64,000 nt of DNA, from contig JAXLZC010000001.1 of assembly GCA_046351095.1 (NCBI GenBank), forward strand, positions 2,793,574 through 2,857,573, read 5' to 3'. The notes beneath the pieces were generated by a model that ran no database searches, had not been told where the DNA came from, and saw only the letters and a program-made list of their open reading frames with translations. A program made the position numbers and the translations under genes. Source of the stretch: Nitrospiraceae bacterium (GTDB lineage Bacteria; Nitrospirota; Nitrospiria; Nitrospirales; Nitrospiraceae). Shown here in pieces: positions 1-8,999 of the stretch (position 1 is its first letter; each line of letters opens with the position of its first letter).

Positions 1-111
1 CACAGTCATTCGGGCACCTTACCATGCGGCTGTGCGCAGGGCCAACCGCGAACGTCTTCGCGGGACCGGGTCGGATCGGCCCGGCCCGCAGCGTCGGCAT
101 CGCTCGCGGAA

Positions 112-1143
112 TCAGTTCATGTGGTTGAGGTGGTCGATCAATTGCCGGAGGCGTCCGGCGCTGCGGCGGTTGAATGCAAAGACGAGGCGCGGCAACGTCT
201 GCAACTCCGGTTCGTCGGACTCTTCGGCGAAGGCCTCGCGCTGCGCGAACGTGCCGTCCTGCAGCAAGTCGCGGAAACGTTCTTGCACCGACGCGAGTTG
301 CGCGTCGGACAGCCCCGACTTCAGCCGCATGACGAGCTGGCGGCCGACGAACCGCATCGAGTGGTACCGGCGATAAAACGTGATGATTTCCTGCACCGCC
401 GCTTCTTCGGAATCGACGATCCGGAAGAGGCTCAGGTCTTCCTGATTGATCAAGCCGCGCCCGAGCAAATCTTCCTTGATGAATGCGCGCCAATGGTCCC
501 AGTACTGGGAGTCCGGCGTCTGCAGGCAGACGATGGGTTTGGGGTCGCTTTTGCCGGTTTGCGCGAGCGTGAGCACTTCGAACCCTTCGTCGTGCGTGCC
601 GAAGCCGCCGGGGAAGAGCGCGATCGCGGTCGCTTCCTTCTGGAACATCAGTTTGCGGGTGAAAAAATACTTAAACGTGATCAGCTTCGGATCGTCGGCG
701 ATGGTCGCGTTGGCGCCTTGCTCGAAAGGCAGCATGATGTTCACGCCGAAGCTATGCTCGCGTCCGGCGCCTTCCTGCCCGGCGCGCATGATGCCGTCGG
801 CGCCGCCGGTGATCACCATATAGCCTTCCTGCACCATACGGGCGGCGAAGCGGCTGGCCATCTGGTATTGCGGATCGCCGGGGAGGGTGCGGGCCGAGCC
901 GAAGATCGAAATTTTGGGGCGCTCGCGATAGCGGCTGAACACGGCGAAGGCGTGCCGCAGTTCTTTCAAGGCGCGGTTGATAATTTTCAGATCGAGTAGG
1001 TCGAACTTCGGGTCGTGCAGTTTCAGCACGTTCGCGAGGATTTCCTTAATGAGCACGCCTTGGGGATCGCCGTCGGCGCGGTCCAGCGCCTGCTGCATCT
1101 GCGCGATCAGCGTATCGTTCGAAGGAAGCGGTTTCGTTCGCAT
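112..1143 (-). CDS. LOG/TIGR00730-family Rossmann-fold protein (lysine-decarboxylase-like, PpnN-type nucleotide nucleosidase-like)
   Basis: 343-aa ORF with motifs ISIFGSAR, VITGGADGIMRAGQEGA and PGGFGTHDEGFE, typical of the LOG/TIGR00730 family. Confidence 0.8.
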   Translation of the reverse strand: MRTKPLPSNDTLIAQMQQALDRADGDPQGVLIKEILANVLKLHDPKFDLLDLKIINRALKELRHAFAVFSRYRERPKISIFGSARTLPGDPQYQMASRFAARMVQEGYMVITGGADGIMRAGQEGAGREHSFGVNIMLPFEQGANATIADDPKLITFKYFFTRKLMFQKEATAIALFPGGFGTHDEGFEVLTLAQTGKSDPKPIVCLQTPDSQYWDHWRAFIKEDLLGRGLINQEDLSLFRIVDSEEAAVQEIITFYRRYHSMRFVGRQLVMRLKSGLSDAQLASVQERFRDLLQDGTFAQREAFAEESDEPELQTLPRLVFAFNRRSAGRLRQLIDHLNHMN

Positions 1144-1258
1144 GGGTCGTGGTCTTTCGTTCGCGCGAGCGCAGTTGGGAATCGGGAACGGCTCGGGTGA
1201 CGTTGGAGGTGAAGTGTAACAGGTCGGCGGCGTCGGTCCAAACGGAAGCGGGGCGAGG

Positions 1259-2197
1259 CTACTCGGTTCGGTCCTGCTGCTGCGAGACCCAGAGTCGAAT
1301 CTGCGATTGGTCGGCGGCGGTGAGATGCGTAAATTGAATCGTGATCGACCAGCCGCGACCCTGCGCGCCTGCAGGCGGCGGTTCCGTGGCCGGCGTCTGT
1401 GTCTGCGCGCCGCCGTCCAGCGCGGTCAACGCCGCAGGTGCGGCGTGCGGGGCCGGTGCGGCGACGGCGACCGGTTCCGGACGGTCGTTGTCCGACGAAT
1501 CCGGTCGCGGCATGGCGGCGGCCATGACTTCGCGTGCACTGTCGGCGTCGCGGTTCGATGGGGGGCTCGTCGGCGATTGAATCCGCCCGTACGCCGTGAT
1601 CGCATTCTCGGCGCGCGGCAAGGTGAAAGCGACGGCGACATGCGCGCCCGGCGGCACCTTGATCGGCCCTTCAATGGTGGCGGTCAAATGGCTGAGGTTC
1701 GAGATCGTCCCGGTCTGTTTCGGCGCATGGTGTTTGCCGTCATGCACCGTGATGGTCGCGGGAATCCGCACGGCGCAGGGTTTCGCGACATACACCAGAT
1801 CGCGCGCGCGTAAAACGCCCACCGGTTGATCCTGGCGTGTGACGATCAGGAGCGGCACGCCGGTGATCGCCATGAGCGTCGACGCCTCGTCGAGCGGGCG
1901 GTCGAAGTCGATGGAGTGGACCGGCCGTGACACGACCGTGCGTACCTGCACGTCCTGCGGTTCGACGCCTTGGGCCACGACCTTCTTGACGATATCCGTA
2001 TACGTGAGAATGCCGACCTGACCGTCCGCGTCCTTCACGAGCAGGCAGGGGATCTGCTCCTTCTGCATCAAATAGGCGGCTTTCGCCACCGTGAGGTCGC
2101 CGGGAATCTGCACGACGCCGGGCGTCATCATCTGCGACGCGGAGACGGTCGTCGGGGTGTTGCTGAAGCGTGACACGTTGTCGCCTGGAACTTTCAT
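1259..2197 (-). CDS. CBS-pair domain protein with C-terminal PilZ-like/unknown domain
   Basis: The ORF runs 1259..2305. I trimmed it to the ATG at 2197 (MKVPGD...). It has two CBS-like repeats (MTPGVVQIP...LLVKD; VSRPVHSID...LLIV). The C-terminal beta-rich part has only degenerate PilZ motifs. Confidence 0.55.
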   Translation of the reverse strand: MKVPGDNVSRFSNTPTTVSASQMMTPGVVQIPGDLTVAKAAYLMQKEQIPCLLVKDADGQVGILTYTDIVKKVVAQGVEPQDVQVRTVVSRPVHSIDFDRPLDEASTLMAITGVPLLIVTRQDQPVGVLRARDLVYVAKPCAVRIPATITVHDGKHHAPKQTGTISNLSHLTATIEGPIKVPPGAHVAVAFTLPRAENAITAYGRIQSPTSPPSNRDADSAREVMAAAMPRPDSSDNDRPEPVAVAAPAPHAAPAALTALDGGAQTQTPATEPPPAGAQGRGWSITIQFTHLTAADQSQIRLWVSQQQDRTE

Positions 2198-2329
2198 ATT
2201 GAGAGACGAACCCTGCGGTCGATCGCGGGTGGCCTCATGCGACCAGCCCTGTTCTTGCCACTGTCGCCGCGCGCTTTGTACACTGCCTGCGTGCTGCGCG
2301 GCCATGCGCCGAGCGCCGGTATCGGACCA

Positions 2330-3814
2330 ATGTCTACTGTCTTAGCCCAATTTTTCCGACGCGTCGAGGGAATTTCATTCCACGGCTTCGGCCTGTCTGC
2401 GGACGCCTACCAGCCGGACCTGTTCGATGTGCTCGATGAAATGGGCACACTCGGCTGTGCGCCGGGGTATGTCGAGCTCTTTCGCGCCTCGACACCGATG
2501 CTGGCGGCGATCCGGGATCGACTGCCGACGATGTTGCTGCCATACCATGCCGAAGGGCTATGGCTGACCCACGAGGGCTGGGGCGAGCGGGAGCGCACGC
2601 ACGAATCGGCGGATCTCAGCGGCGCCGTCGAACAGATCGAGACGTTGCGGAGCGCCTGGCTTAATCACGAATGTGCAAGCAAGGTGGTCGGCGGCCATGC
2701 GCTCGGAACGTACCTGCCGCCCTATTGGAGCCGAGAGAGGGCCGAACATTTGGCGGCGAACAGTGTCTTTCTACAAGCGCGGCTCGATGCAGCGGCCGTG
2801 CCTCGCGTCGATGGGCAGGGGCGGAACGACGCCGGTGCGCTCGTGTTGTTGGAGCTACCACCGCTCACGTATTTTTCATTGGGGACGCTTGCGGTGCCGG
2901 AATTTTTCCGCCTGCTCTGCGAACGCAGCGCCTGCGGGCTGGTCTTGGACATGGGCCACCTCTGGACACACTGGAGATACGGATCGGGGCGTGCCGCGGA
3001 GTCGATCGAATCGTTCGTGACACGGTTTCTCGCCGACTTCCCGGTGGAGCGTATTGTCGAGATTCATGTAGCGGGCCTTACGCAGCATCCGACCGACGGT
3101 GACGATGCCGCGCACGATGTGCGCTCGGATCCGAGCCGTGCGCCGCGGTGGCTCGATACACATGGCGCGCCGATTCCCGCCGTGCTGTTCGATATGTTGG
3201 AGCAAGTGTTAGGCGATCCTCGCCTGCGATCGTTGAAGGGTTTGGCGTTGGAAGTCGATACCAAAGAGCCGACGACGATTGCCGAGGAGTTTGCCGCCTG
3301 CCGTGCACGATTTGGTCGTAGGCTCGATGAGATTGCCGTGCGGCCGAGTGCCGGTGTCGAAATCGTCACACAGCGCCAGTTGCATGCGGTGCAATCTACG
3401 GCATCGCTGGACGATGAAGCCTACGCGGCGCTTGTGTTGCCAGGCGACTCAACAGGTGAGGATGCGGCGCATGCGTACGCCACGCGCGAAGGACTCGCAC
3501 GCTATCGCGAGCAGTATCTCCCCTACGAAATTCTCCACTGGGGCGGCGATCTGGTCGAGATGTTTCCGGAGACCTGCGAACGGCTGGTCGCACGCGGCAT
3601 CGATCTGAACCAATTCGTGACCTATTGGTTTGCAGCACCGTCGTTGATCTCCGCGCCCTACGATTTTTTCTTGCTGAAGCTCGCGCGCTTCTTGGCGTTC
3701 GTCGAGTCGGTCGCGCCCGATTGTCTCGACGGCGCCAGGCGAGAAGCGGAGTCGCTGGAAGCCGCCTACGCGCTGGTGAACGCCCCTCCGGTTGCGGCGG
3801 GAGCGCGCCCATGA
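2330..3814 (+). CDS. DUF692/MNIO-like (xylose-isomerase-type TIM barrel, multinuclear non-haem iron oxidase family) fused to a DUF2063-like C-terminal domain
   Basis: Trimmed to the ATG at 2330 (MSTVLAQ...). Several blocks resemble DUF692: YHAEGLWL, NHECASK, GLVLDMGHLW, IVEIHVAGL, WLDTHGAPIP, LALEVDTKEP. The tail (YREQYLPYEIL...MFPETCERL...FFLLKLARFL) resembles the DUF2063 partner domain. The stop overlaps the dus start (ATGA). Confidence 0.5.
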   Translation: MSTVLAQFFRRVEGISFHGFGLSADAYQPDLFDVLDEMGTLGCAPGYVELFRASTPMLAAIRDRLPTMLLPYHAEGLWLTHEGWGERERTHESADLSGAVEQIETLRSAWLNHECASKVVGGHALGTYLPPYWSRERAEHLAANSVFLQARLDAAAVPRVDGQGRNDAGALVLLELPPLTYFSLGTLAVPEFFRLLCERSACGLVLDMGHLWTHWRYGSGRAAESIESFVTRFLADFPVERIVEIHVAGLTQHPTDGDDAAHDVRSDPSRAPRWLDTHGAPIPAVLFDMLEQVLGDPRLRSLKGLALEVDTKEPTTIAEEFAACRARFGRRLDEIAVRPSAGVEIVTQRQLHAVQSTASLDDEAYAALVLPGDSTGEDAAHAYATREGLARYREQYLPYEILHWGGDLVEMFPETCERLVARGIDLNQFVTYWFAAPSLISAPYDFFLLKLARFLAFVESVAPDCLDGARREAESLEAAYALVNAPPVAAGARP

Positions 3815-5034
3815 GTTTTTGGGATCGCCTACCGCGTCCGATTGTCGGTCTCGCGCCGATGGATGGGGTGACCGACGCGACGTTCCGTCGCGTCGTCGCC
3901 TGCTCCGGCAAGCCCGACATTACCTTTACGGAATTCACCCACGTCAACGACATCTGTCGCGCGCCGGAGTTTTTACTCGACTCGCTCATCTATACCGAGG
4001 CCGAGCGTCCGATCGTCGCGCAGATTTACGGGCGCGATCCGGAGCTGTTTTATGTCGCGGCGCAAGTCGTCGGTGCGTTGGGTTTCGACGGGCTCGATAT
4101 CAATATGGGCTGTCCGTCGCGCAGTGTGGCCAATTCCGGTTCCGGCGCGGGACTCATTCGCACGCCGGATTTGGCTCGCGAAATTTTGGATGCGGCGCGT
4201 CGTGGCCTCGACGACTGGGCGATGGGCGCGGCGCTGCCCGTGACGCGACTGCGGAGTGGGCGCACGGAGTTGGTCGCGCGGATGAATACGGTACGCGCCG
4301 GCGACGCGACGGTGGCGCGGCGCCCGCTGCCGCTCTCGGTGAAGACGCGGCTCGGCTACGACTCGGACGTCATCGATTGGTGGATGGATTGGTTGCTCGC
4401 CTCGCATCCGGCAGCGATCACCGTGCATGGGCGCACGTTAGCGCAGATGTATCGCGGGCAGGCGGATTGGAGCGCGATCGCGCGCGCGGCGGTGCGGGCG
4501 CGCGGTACCGGCACGCTGGTGTTGGGGAACGGCGACGTGCAGTCGCTCGCCGATGCGCGACGACGTATCGCGGAAACTGGTGTGGACGGTGTCTTGGTCG
4601 GACGCAGCGCACTCGGCGAGCCCTGGTTTTTTCGCGAGCTGAGCATGGCGCGCGCCGCGTGGTCCGGCGAGAGCGTCGCATCGAGGACCGGCGCCGACAC
4701 GTTCGATCCTGTGGCCGACCGGCCGATGCGGATCGCCGCGATGCTGGAACATGCGCGCGTCTTCGAAGCCGTCGGTGGACGTGCGCGCTTTCAACATATC
4801 CGGAAGCACCTCGGTTGGTACTGTAAGGAATTTCCTCATGCGGCGGTGTTGCGCGGGCGGCTCGTTCGCGCGTCGTCGGTGGACGATGTCCTGCAGATCG
4901 TCGAAACCTTCGACCGAGAATTTGTCGCAGGCGATGCGGCGCCCAGCGCATTGGATCAATCGGCTTCCGGCAGCCTCCCGGCCGTCGATACGCCGCCCGC
5001 GTCCGCCTGCGTGTCGGCGAGTCTCTCCTCGTGA
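3811..5034 (+). CDS. tRNA-dihydrouridine synthase (Dus family)
   Basis: Starts MSFWDRLPRPIVGLAPMDGVTDATFRRV, followed by IAQIYG, DINMGCP and TVHGRT motifs. The start was trimmed from the longer ORF 3625..5034. Confidence 0.85.
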   Translation: MSFWDRLPRPIVGLAPMDGVTDATFRRVVACSGKPDITFTEFTHVNDICRAPEFLLDSLIYTEAERPIVAQIYGRDPELFYVAAQVVGALGFDGLDINMGCPSRSVANSGSGAGLIRTPDLAREILDAARRGLDDWAMGAALPVTRLRSGRTELVARMNTVRAGDATVARRPLPLSVKTRLGYDSDVIDWWMDWLLASHPAAITVHGRTLAQMYRGQADWSAIARAAVRARGTGTLVLGNGDVQSLADARRRIAETGVDGVLVGRSALGEPWFFRELSMARAAWSGESVASRTGADTFDPVADRPMRIAAMLEHARVFEAVGGRARFQHIRKHLGWYCKEFPHAAVLRGRLVRASSVDDVLQIVETFDREFVAGDAAPSALDQSASGSLPAVDTPPASACVSASLSS

Positions 5035-5801
5035 GCGCCGGTCCAGTCGTTGTGCTCGCGTCCACCTCGCCTCGACGGCGCGATCTGCTGACCCTGCTTC
5101 AGATTCCATTCGAGATTGTCTCGCCGGATTTCGACGAAACAACCGTCGCGGGATGTGCTCCGAGCGCGCAGGCCATCGCCTGTGCCGAGGGAAAAGCGCG
5201 GGCCGTTGCGCTTGCATCGGCGACATCGGGACGTCGCCACGAAGCGGCTGACGTTGTCGTGATCGGCAGCGATACCTTGATCGACCTCGATGGATTGGTG
5301 CTCGGCAAACCCGACTCGATCGCGCATGCGCGCGAGATGCTGGCGCAGTTGCGCGGGCGAGCACATCGCATTCGCACCGCCGTGTCGGTTTGTCGCGTGG
5401 GCCGCGAAGCCACGCCGACTCCGATTCCGACAATGTCTACGCGTCTCGTCACAGTCGAGGTGTGGATGAAGGCTTGGTCAACGGCTGACGTCGACGCGTA
5501 TCTCGCCACCGGCGAAAGTCTCGGGAAGGCTGGCGCCTACGCGATTCAAGGCGCGGGCGCCTCGTTGATCGACCGGATCGACGGCGACTTTACCGCGGCG
5601 GTCGGCTTGCCGGTACGCGAGACCGCCGAACTGTTGCGCGACGCAGGTCTATCGCTTCCGCTTGATGTGGACGAATTGTATCGACGTCGTCCGTTCGAGA
5701 ATTGGTCGCGATTTTCTGGATCGTCTTACACGAATCGGCAGGATGCGCGCAGCGATGGTGCGCCTCGAAACAGCGCGGCCCCGCGCCGGTCGCCACGTTG
5801 A
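5031..5801 (+). CDS. maf: Maf-like nucleoside triphosphate pyrophosphatase
   Basis: VVLASTSPRRRDLLTLLQIPFEIVSPDFDE and GKAGAYAIQG motifs. GTG start overlaps the dus stop. The Arg/Ser-rich C-terminal tail of about 50 aa is of doubtful reality. Confidence 0.8.
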   Translation: MSAGPVVVLASTSPRRRDLLTLLQIPFEIVSPDFDETTVAGCAPSAQAIACAEGKARAVALASATSGRRHEAADVVVIGSDTLIDLDGLVLGKPDSIAHAREMLAQLRGRAHRIRTAVSVCRVGREATPTPIPTMSTRLVTVEVWMKAWSTADVDAYLATGESLGKAGAYAIQGAGASLIDRIDGDFTAAVGLPVRETAELLRDAGLSLPLDVDELYRRRPFENWSRFSGSSYTNRQDARSDGAPRNSAAPRRSPR

Positions 5802-5887
5802 AACCGCCTGCCGGTTCACCTAAAATGCCTCTTTTTTCACCTGCCGCCGCCTCGTGGTGTTGCGGCTGCAGCCGTCAGGAGGACCCC

Positions 5888-6568
5888 ATGGTGTCACATG
5901 CGTCTCACGTTATTCGTCGGAATGCCGCGACCGTGGCCGTTGTGCCGCTCGCGTTGATGTTCTGTGCGGTCGTCGCGCCGTCGAGCTGGGCGATCGACGT
6001 GAAGTTGTCGATGGACGAGGCGAAAAAGGCGTTGGCGGCCGGGCGCGAACCGATGGACAAGGCCAACACGGAAGACGAAGTGAAGAAGGTCATGCAGCAC
6101 GCGTCTATGGCCACGCGCGTCGGGGCGGATCCCGAGAAGGATGCGTGCGGGACGAGCGCGATCCTGCGCACGAAACGGTTCTGGCTCGAATCGTTCGGGC
6201 GGAAAGAAGCGACCGAATCCAAGAAGCAGAAGTCGGACGTCCGCATGCCGGACGACAAGATTCAGAAGTATCTCGACATGCCGAATCTGGAAGTCGAAGT
6301 GCAGCTCTGCGGCGACGACGAGTACTTCGCCGAAGGCGCGAAGGTGACGATGCAGCAGAAGGGCAAGAACATCGAGCCGGTGGATGTCGGTCAGGCCGAA
6401 CGCGGCCGTAAGCTGGAACTCGCCGACAAGTCCACCGCCTACCGCTCGCGCTTCACCGCGCGATTTGCGTACGACGCTTTCGATCCGAATGCCAAGACCA
6501 AGTTCCTCGTCACCCAGCAAGACGGGAAGATGAGCGAATTCGACGCCGACCTCTCCAAAGTAAAATAG
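5888..6568 (+). CDS. hypothetical secreted protein (signal peptide)
   Basis: ATG at 5888 follows an AGGAGG Shine-Dalgarno. The N-terminus is hydrophobic (VAVVPLALMFCAVVAPSSWA), then charged and Lys-rich. No family recognised. Confidence 0.5.
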   Translation: MVSHASHVIRRNAATVAVVPLALMFCAVVAPSSWAIDVKLSMDEAKKALAAGREPMDKANTEDEVKKVMQHASMATRVGADPEKDACGTSAILRTKRFWLESFGRKEATESKKQKSDVRMPDDKIQKYLDMPNLEVEVQLCGDDEYFAEGAKVTMQQKGKNIEPVDVGQAERGRKLELADKSTAYRSRFTARFAYDAFDPNAKTKFLVTQQDGKMSEFDADLSKVK

Positions 6569-6595
6569 TCCGTTCCCCGCCGCCGGTTAGCTGTA

Positions 6596-6683
6596 TTTGG
6601 GGAATAAAAACGTAAACTGAATAAAAAGTTGTAAACTGAAGCGTCGCCCCTCCAAATCAATTTGGGAATAAAGTCGTAAACTA
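6596..6683. repeat. three degenerate direct repeats (GGGAATAAA-N2-3-GTAAACT core) at the left edge of the low-GC island
   Basis: The copies are tttggggaataaaaacgtaaactga (6596-6620), ataaaaagttgtaaactga (6621-6639) and tttgggaataaagtcgtaaacta (6661-6683). Confidence 0.6.
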
Positions 6684-7066
6684 GATCAATTGTTTTTGGA
6701 AGCTGGTGTCTAATGGAGGTATCACCATTATCTCTGCCTGAAGCCCAGGGTTCTCGCCCGCGCGCAAGTGATTGCGTGCTCTGCTCAAGCATGCCACCCA
6801 TACTGCTCTAAAGCAGCACTCAAAATGCTGAAATCTAGTCGGCCTAACTGCCCAAGGCAAACTGTGTCGTTTGAGCCTTGATTGATCTCCGACCCCGGTA
6901 AGGTTGGGCGCTAGCTGCAGACGGCCAGGAGCGGAAGTTCGTTGCCGAGATCGCACCGTCATAAAGCGATCCTTCGCTCTGACGCATTACGTTTTAAGCT
7001 CACCTGCGGGCGACAGACCGCGAAGCGAGCTGGCGAACGGCAGGTGGAGTAAAGGATTAGCCAGCA

Positions 7067-7792
7067 CTAAGTGTACCTCGGAGTTCCAAGCAAGCTGGTA
7101 ATTCTGATTCTGTCTTCGATGCCATGCGCCTTCGCGGCGGCCCGAATGGCCTCGGCGTCAGTCTCGGGCAGCAATGGTCCGAGGTAGATGTGCTCGATGA
7201 GCTTTGGAACATCGAACTCCACCTTCACTCCGTGCTCGGGAACTTGAACGCCGAACTCCTCCGCCGTGCGGACTGATACAGCCAAACGAAACTCGCGTTC
7301 CCATGCGAAGGCCATGTGCTTGTACCAGAACCGGTCCATCATGCTTACGCGGAGCCGCTCCTTTAGTAGGTCTACATAATTCACGTTCCCGGCCCACAGG
7401 TCTTCATATCCGTAGTCAGGCTTCAGGCGGAATGGCTTGGCGGCGGCTTGAATTCTGTCTGCATTCGTGCACGCGGCAACACCCTTTCGTGAACCAGCGT
7501 AAAGCTGCCACATCGCATCGCTTTCGTAGCTCGCACGGTGCCAGCAACTGACCTTCGTAAGTCGTCGCAGTTCTTCGAAGGCCTTCTCACCGAACTCTAG
7601 TTCCGTATAGCGAGGGTCAACGGGGAATCCTGGCGGGAGGACAGCCACTGCCCCTTCGAAGGGATCACCAAATTGCCGTGCTGACGCGAAGTACAGATGG
7701 CTGGACTGCAGCAGTTCCAAGAATCTTTCTGTTCTGAAATATCGCCAGAGTTGCTCGTTCAAGTCGAGTTCTTGATTGCCGATAATGCGCAC
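7067..7792 (-). CDS. DUF2971-like protein (uncharacterised family)
   Basis: The maximal ORF is 7067..7834 with a GTG start. An in-frame GTG at 7792 follows an AGGAGA Shine-Dalgarno and is the more likely start. The motif HLYFASARQFGDPFEG matches the DUF2971 signature (LYFSS..FNDPFE). GC is lower than in the flanks. Confidence 0.6.
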   Translation of the reverse strand: MRIIGNQELDLNEQLWRYFRTERFLELLQSSHLYFASARQFGDPFEGAVAVLPPGFPVDPRYTELEFGEKAFEELRRLTKVSCWHRASYESDAMWQLYAGSRKGVAACTNADRIQAAAKPFRLKPDYGYEDLWAGNVNYVDLLKERLRVSMMDRFWYKHMAFAWEREFRLAVSVRTAEEFGVQVPEHGVKVEFDVPKLIEHIYLGPLLPETDAEAIRAAAKAHGIEDRIRITSLLGTPRYT

Positions 7793-7906
7793 GCCGTCTC
7801 CTGTACTGGCTAATGTTGGAGTTGACCGGCACACTGCCGTTGCGTGTCCGTGTCGAACGACCAGTTAGGCCGCATTTCTGACTCCTGCGGGGCTGTCTTC
7901 AACCAC

Positions 7907-8839
7907 TTACAGCCCGAAAAACATCCTCCGCTCCTCGCTCTTGTGCAAATCATGTGTGGCTATGTGATATAGCTTGGGTTCAACTACGTTAGACCATAGC
8001 CGGAAAGGTAGGTCATCGATGCAAATTTCCCCCACGACTGCAGAGAAGTCCTTCTCGTAGCAGTCTCGCAAGATCTTCAAGTTCGTGGACGGAAAGCTGT
8101 CTTTGAACTCTTTGTTGAAGGTTGGATAGAAGTACCGGATGAATGCGGCTTCATACAAACAAATTCGCTCTTCCTCCGTTGTATTGAAAAGCTTGTCTAG
8201 CCCCTGTTTGATTCTCGTTCCGCCTTCATCCTTGTTCTTTGCGAAGGGGTTGATCGAGGTTATCAGCCGATTGTTCGACTCAATCGCCAGCAGGAGAAGA
8301 GTGATTCGATGCCCTTCTGGCACTCCCTTCAACGCGATTTTCTGAAGCGTCTCGTGCTTGAGAAGGCGATCTATGGCATTTCTAGAACCGTCTTGACCAT
8401 AGGCCTGCCCTACATACTTGACCTCGAACTTGAATGCACCTGTGGTAGCAGCCAGCCTGGTCTGCATCTCCATCTCGCTGGGCCGAAATCTTCTTCCGGA
8501 GTCGTCACCGAGGTACCAAAGTTCGCCGTCGGCCTTAAGCGAGAGGCCCTCGGGGAGAACGAATTCGATCACATGGTTTTGCGTGAGGACTTCGAACGTT
8601 AGGAGAAGACTTTGGTCTTTCTGTGCGGCACCGACAAACTCTATCTTTGGGGTATAGCCAATTAGGTAAATGTGGCACGTGTCAATGACGCTCCCCAGCG
8701 GTGCAAGCGCCTCCTTGTCGTAAATGCCCTCTGCCGGGATTGTGCAGAAACTGAGCGCATACATATTTAGTGCATGTTCAATGTTAAAGGCGGCCTTTCC
8801 AAAGATCTCTTCCTTGGTGGGTTTCTTAGAGTCAGCCAC
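7907..8839 (-). CDS. hypothetical 310-aa protein, no family recognised (possible divergent GIY-YIG-like core)
   Basis: GTG start preceded by an AAGGAG Shine-Dalgarno. This is the lowest-GC segment of the window (about 42% in a sampled 60-nt line). The segments KYVGQAYGQDGSRNAIDRLLKH and EERICLYEAAFIRYFYPTFNKEF loosely resemble the GIY-YIG YIG/R..H and E...N elements. Confidence 0.55.
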   Translation of the reverse strand: MADSKKPTKEEIFGKAAFNIEHALNMYALSFCTIPAEGIYDKEALAPLGSVIDTCHIYLIGYTPKIEFVGAAQKDQSLLLTFEVLTQNHVIEFVLPEGLSLKADGELWYLGDDSGRRFRPSEMEMQTRLAATTGAFKFEVKYVGQAYGQDGSRNAIDRLLKHETLQKIALKGVPEGHRITLLLLAIESNNRLITSINPFAKNKDEGGTRIKQGLDKLFNTTEEERICLYEAAFIRYFYPTFNKEFKDSFPSTNLKILRDCYEKDFSAVVGEICIDDLPFRLWSNVVEPKLYHIATHDLHKSEERRMFFGL

Positions 8840-8970
8840 TGTTGTTCTCCTTCATCTCCTGATCCGGTCCAGCCTGTGAAGGTTCAATTGAGTAGCACGT
8901 CGGCCTCGTGCGGTCTAACAATGTTTAGACGGATCCATAATGAGACCGAAGTGTGCGATTTTCTATCCGC

Positions 8971-8999
8971 GATAATGGGGTCGATGGATAATGGGGTCG
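8971..8999. repeat. 13-bp perfect tandem direct repeat (GATAATGGGGTCG x2, 3-nt spacer) upstream of the island operon
   Basis: gataatggggtcg occurs at 8971-8983 and again at 8987-8999, about 130 nt upstream of the GTG at 8839. Confidence 0.6.

Noticed and set aside
6713-6814. 33-aa ORF (MEVSPLSLPEAQGS...) and the 93-120-aa minus-strand ORFs in the island's left non-coding region.
   Set aside because: They have no Shine-Dalgarno, they overlap each other, and their composition is unlike either island gene. I left the region as non-coding.
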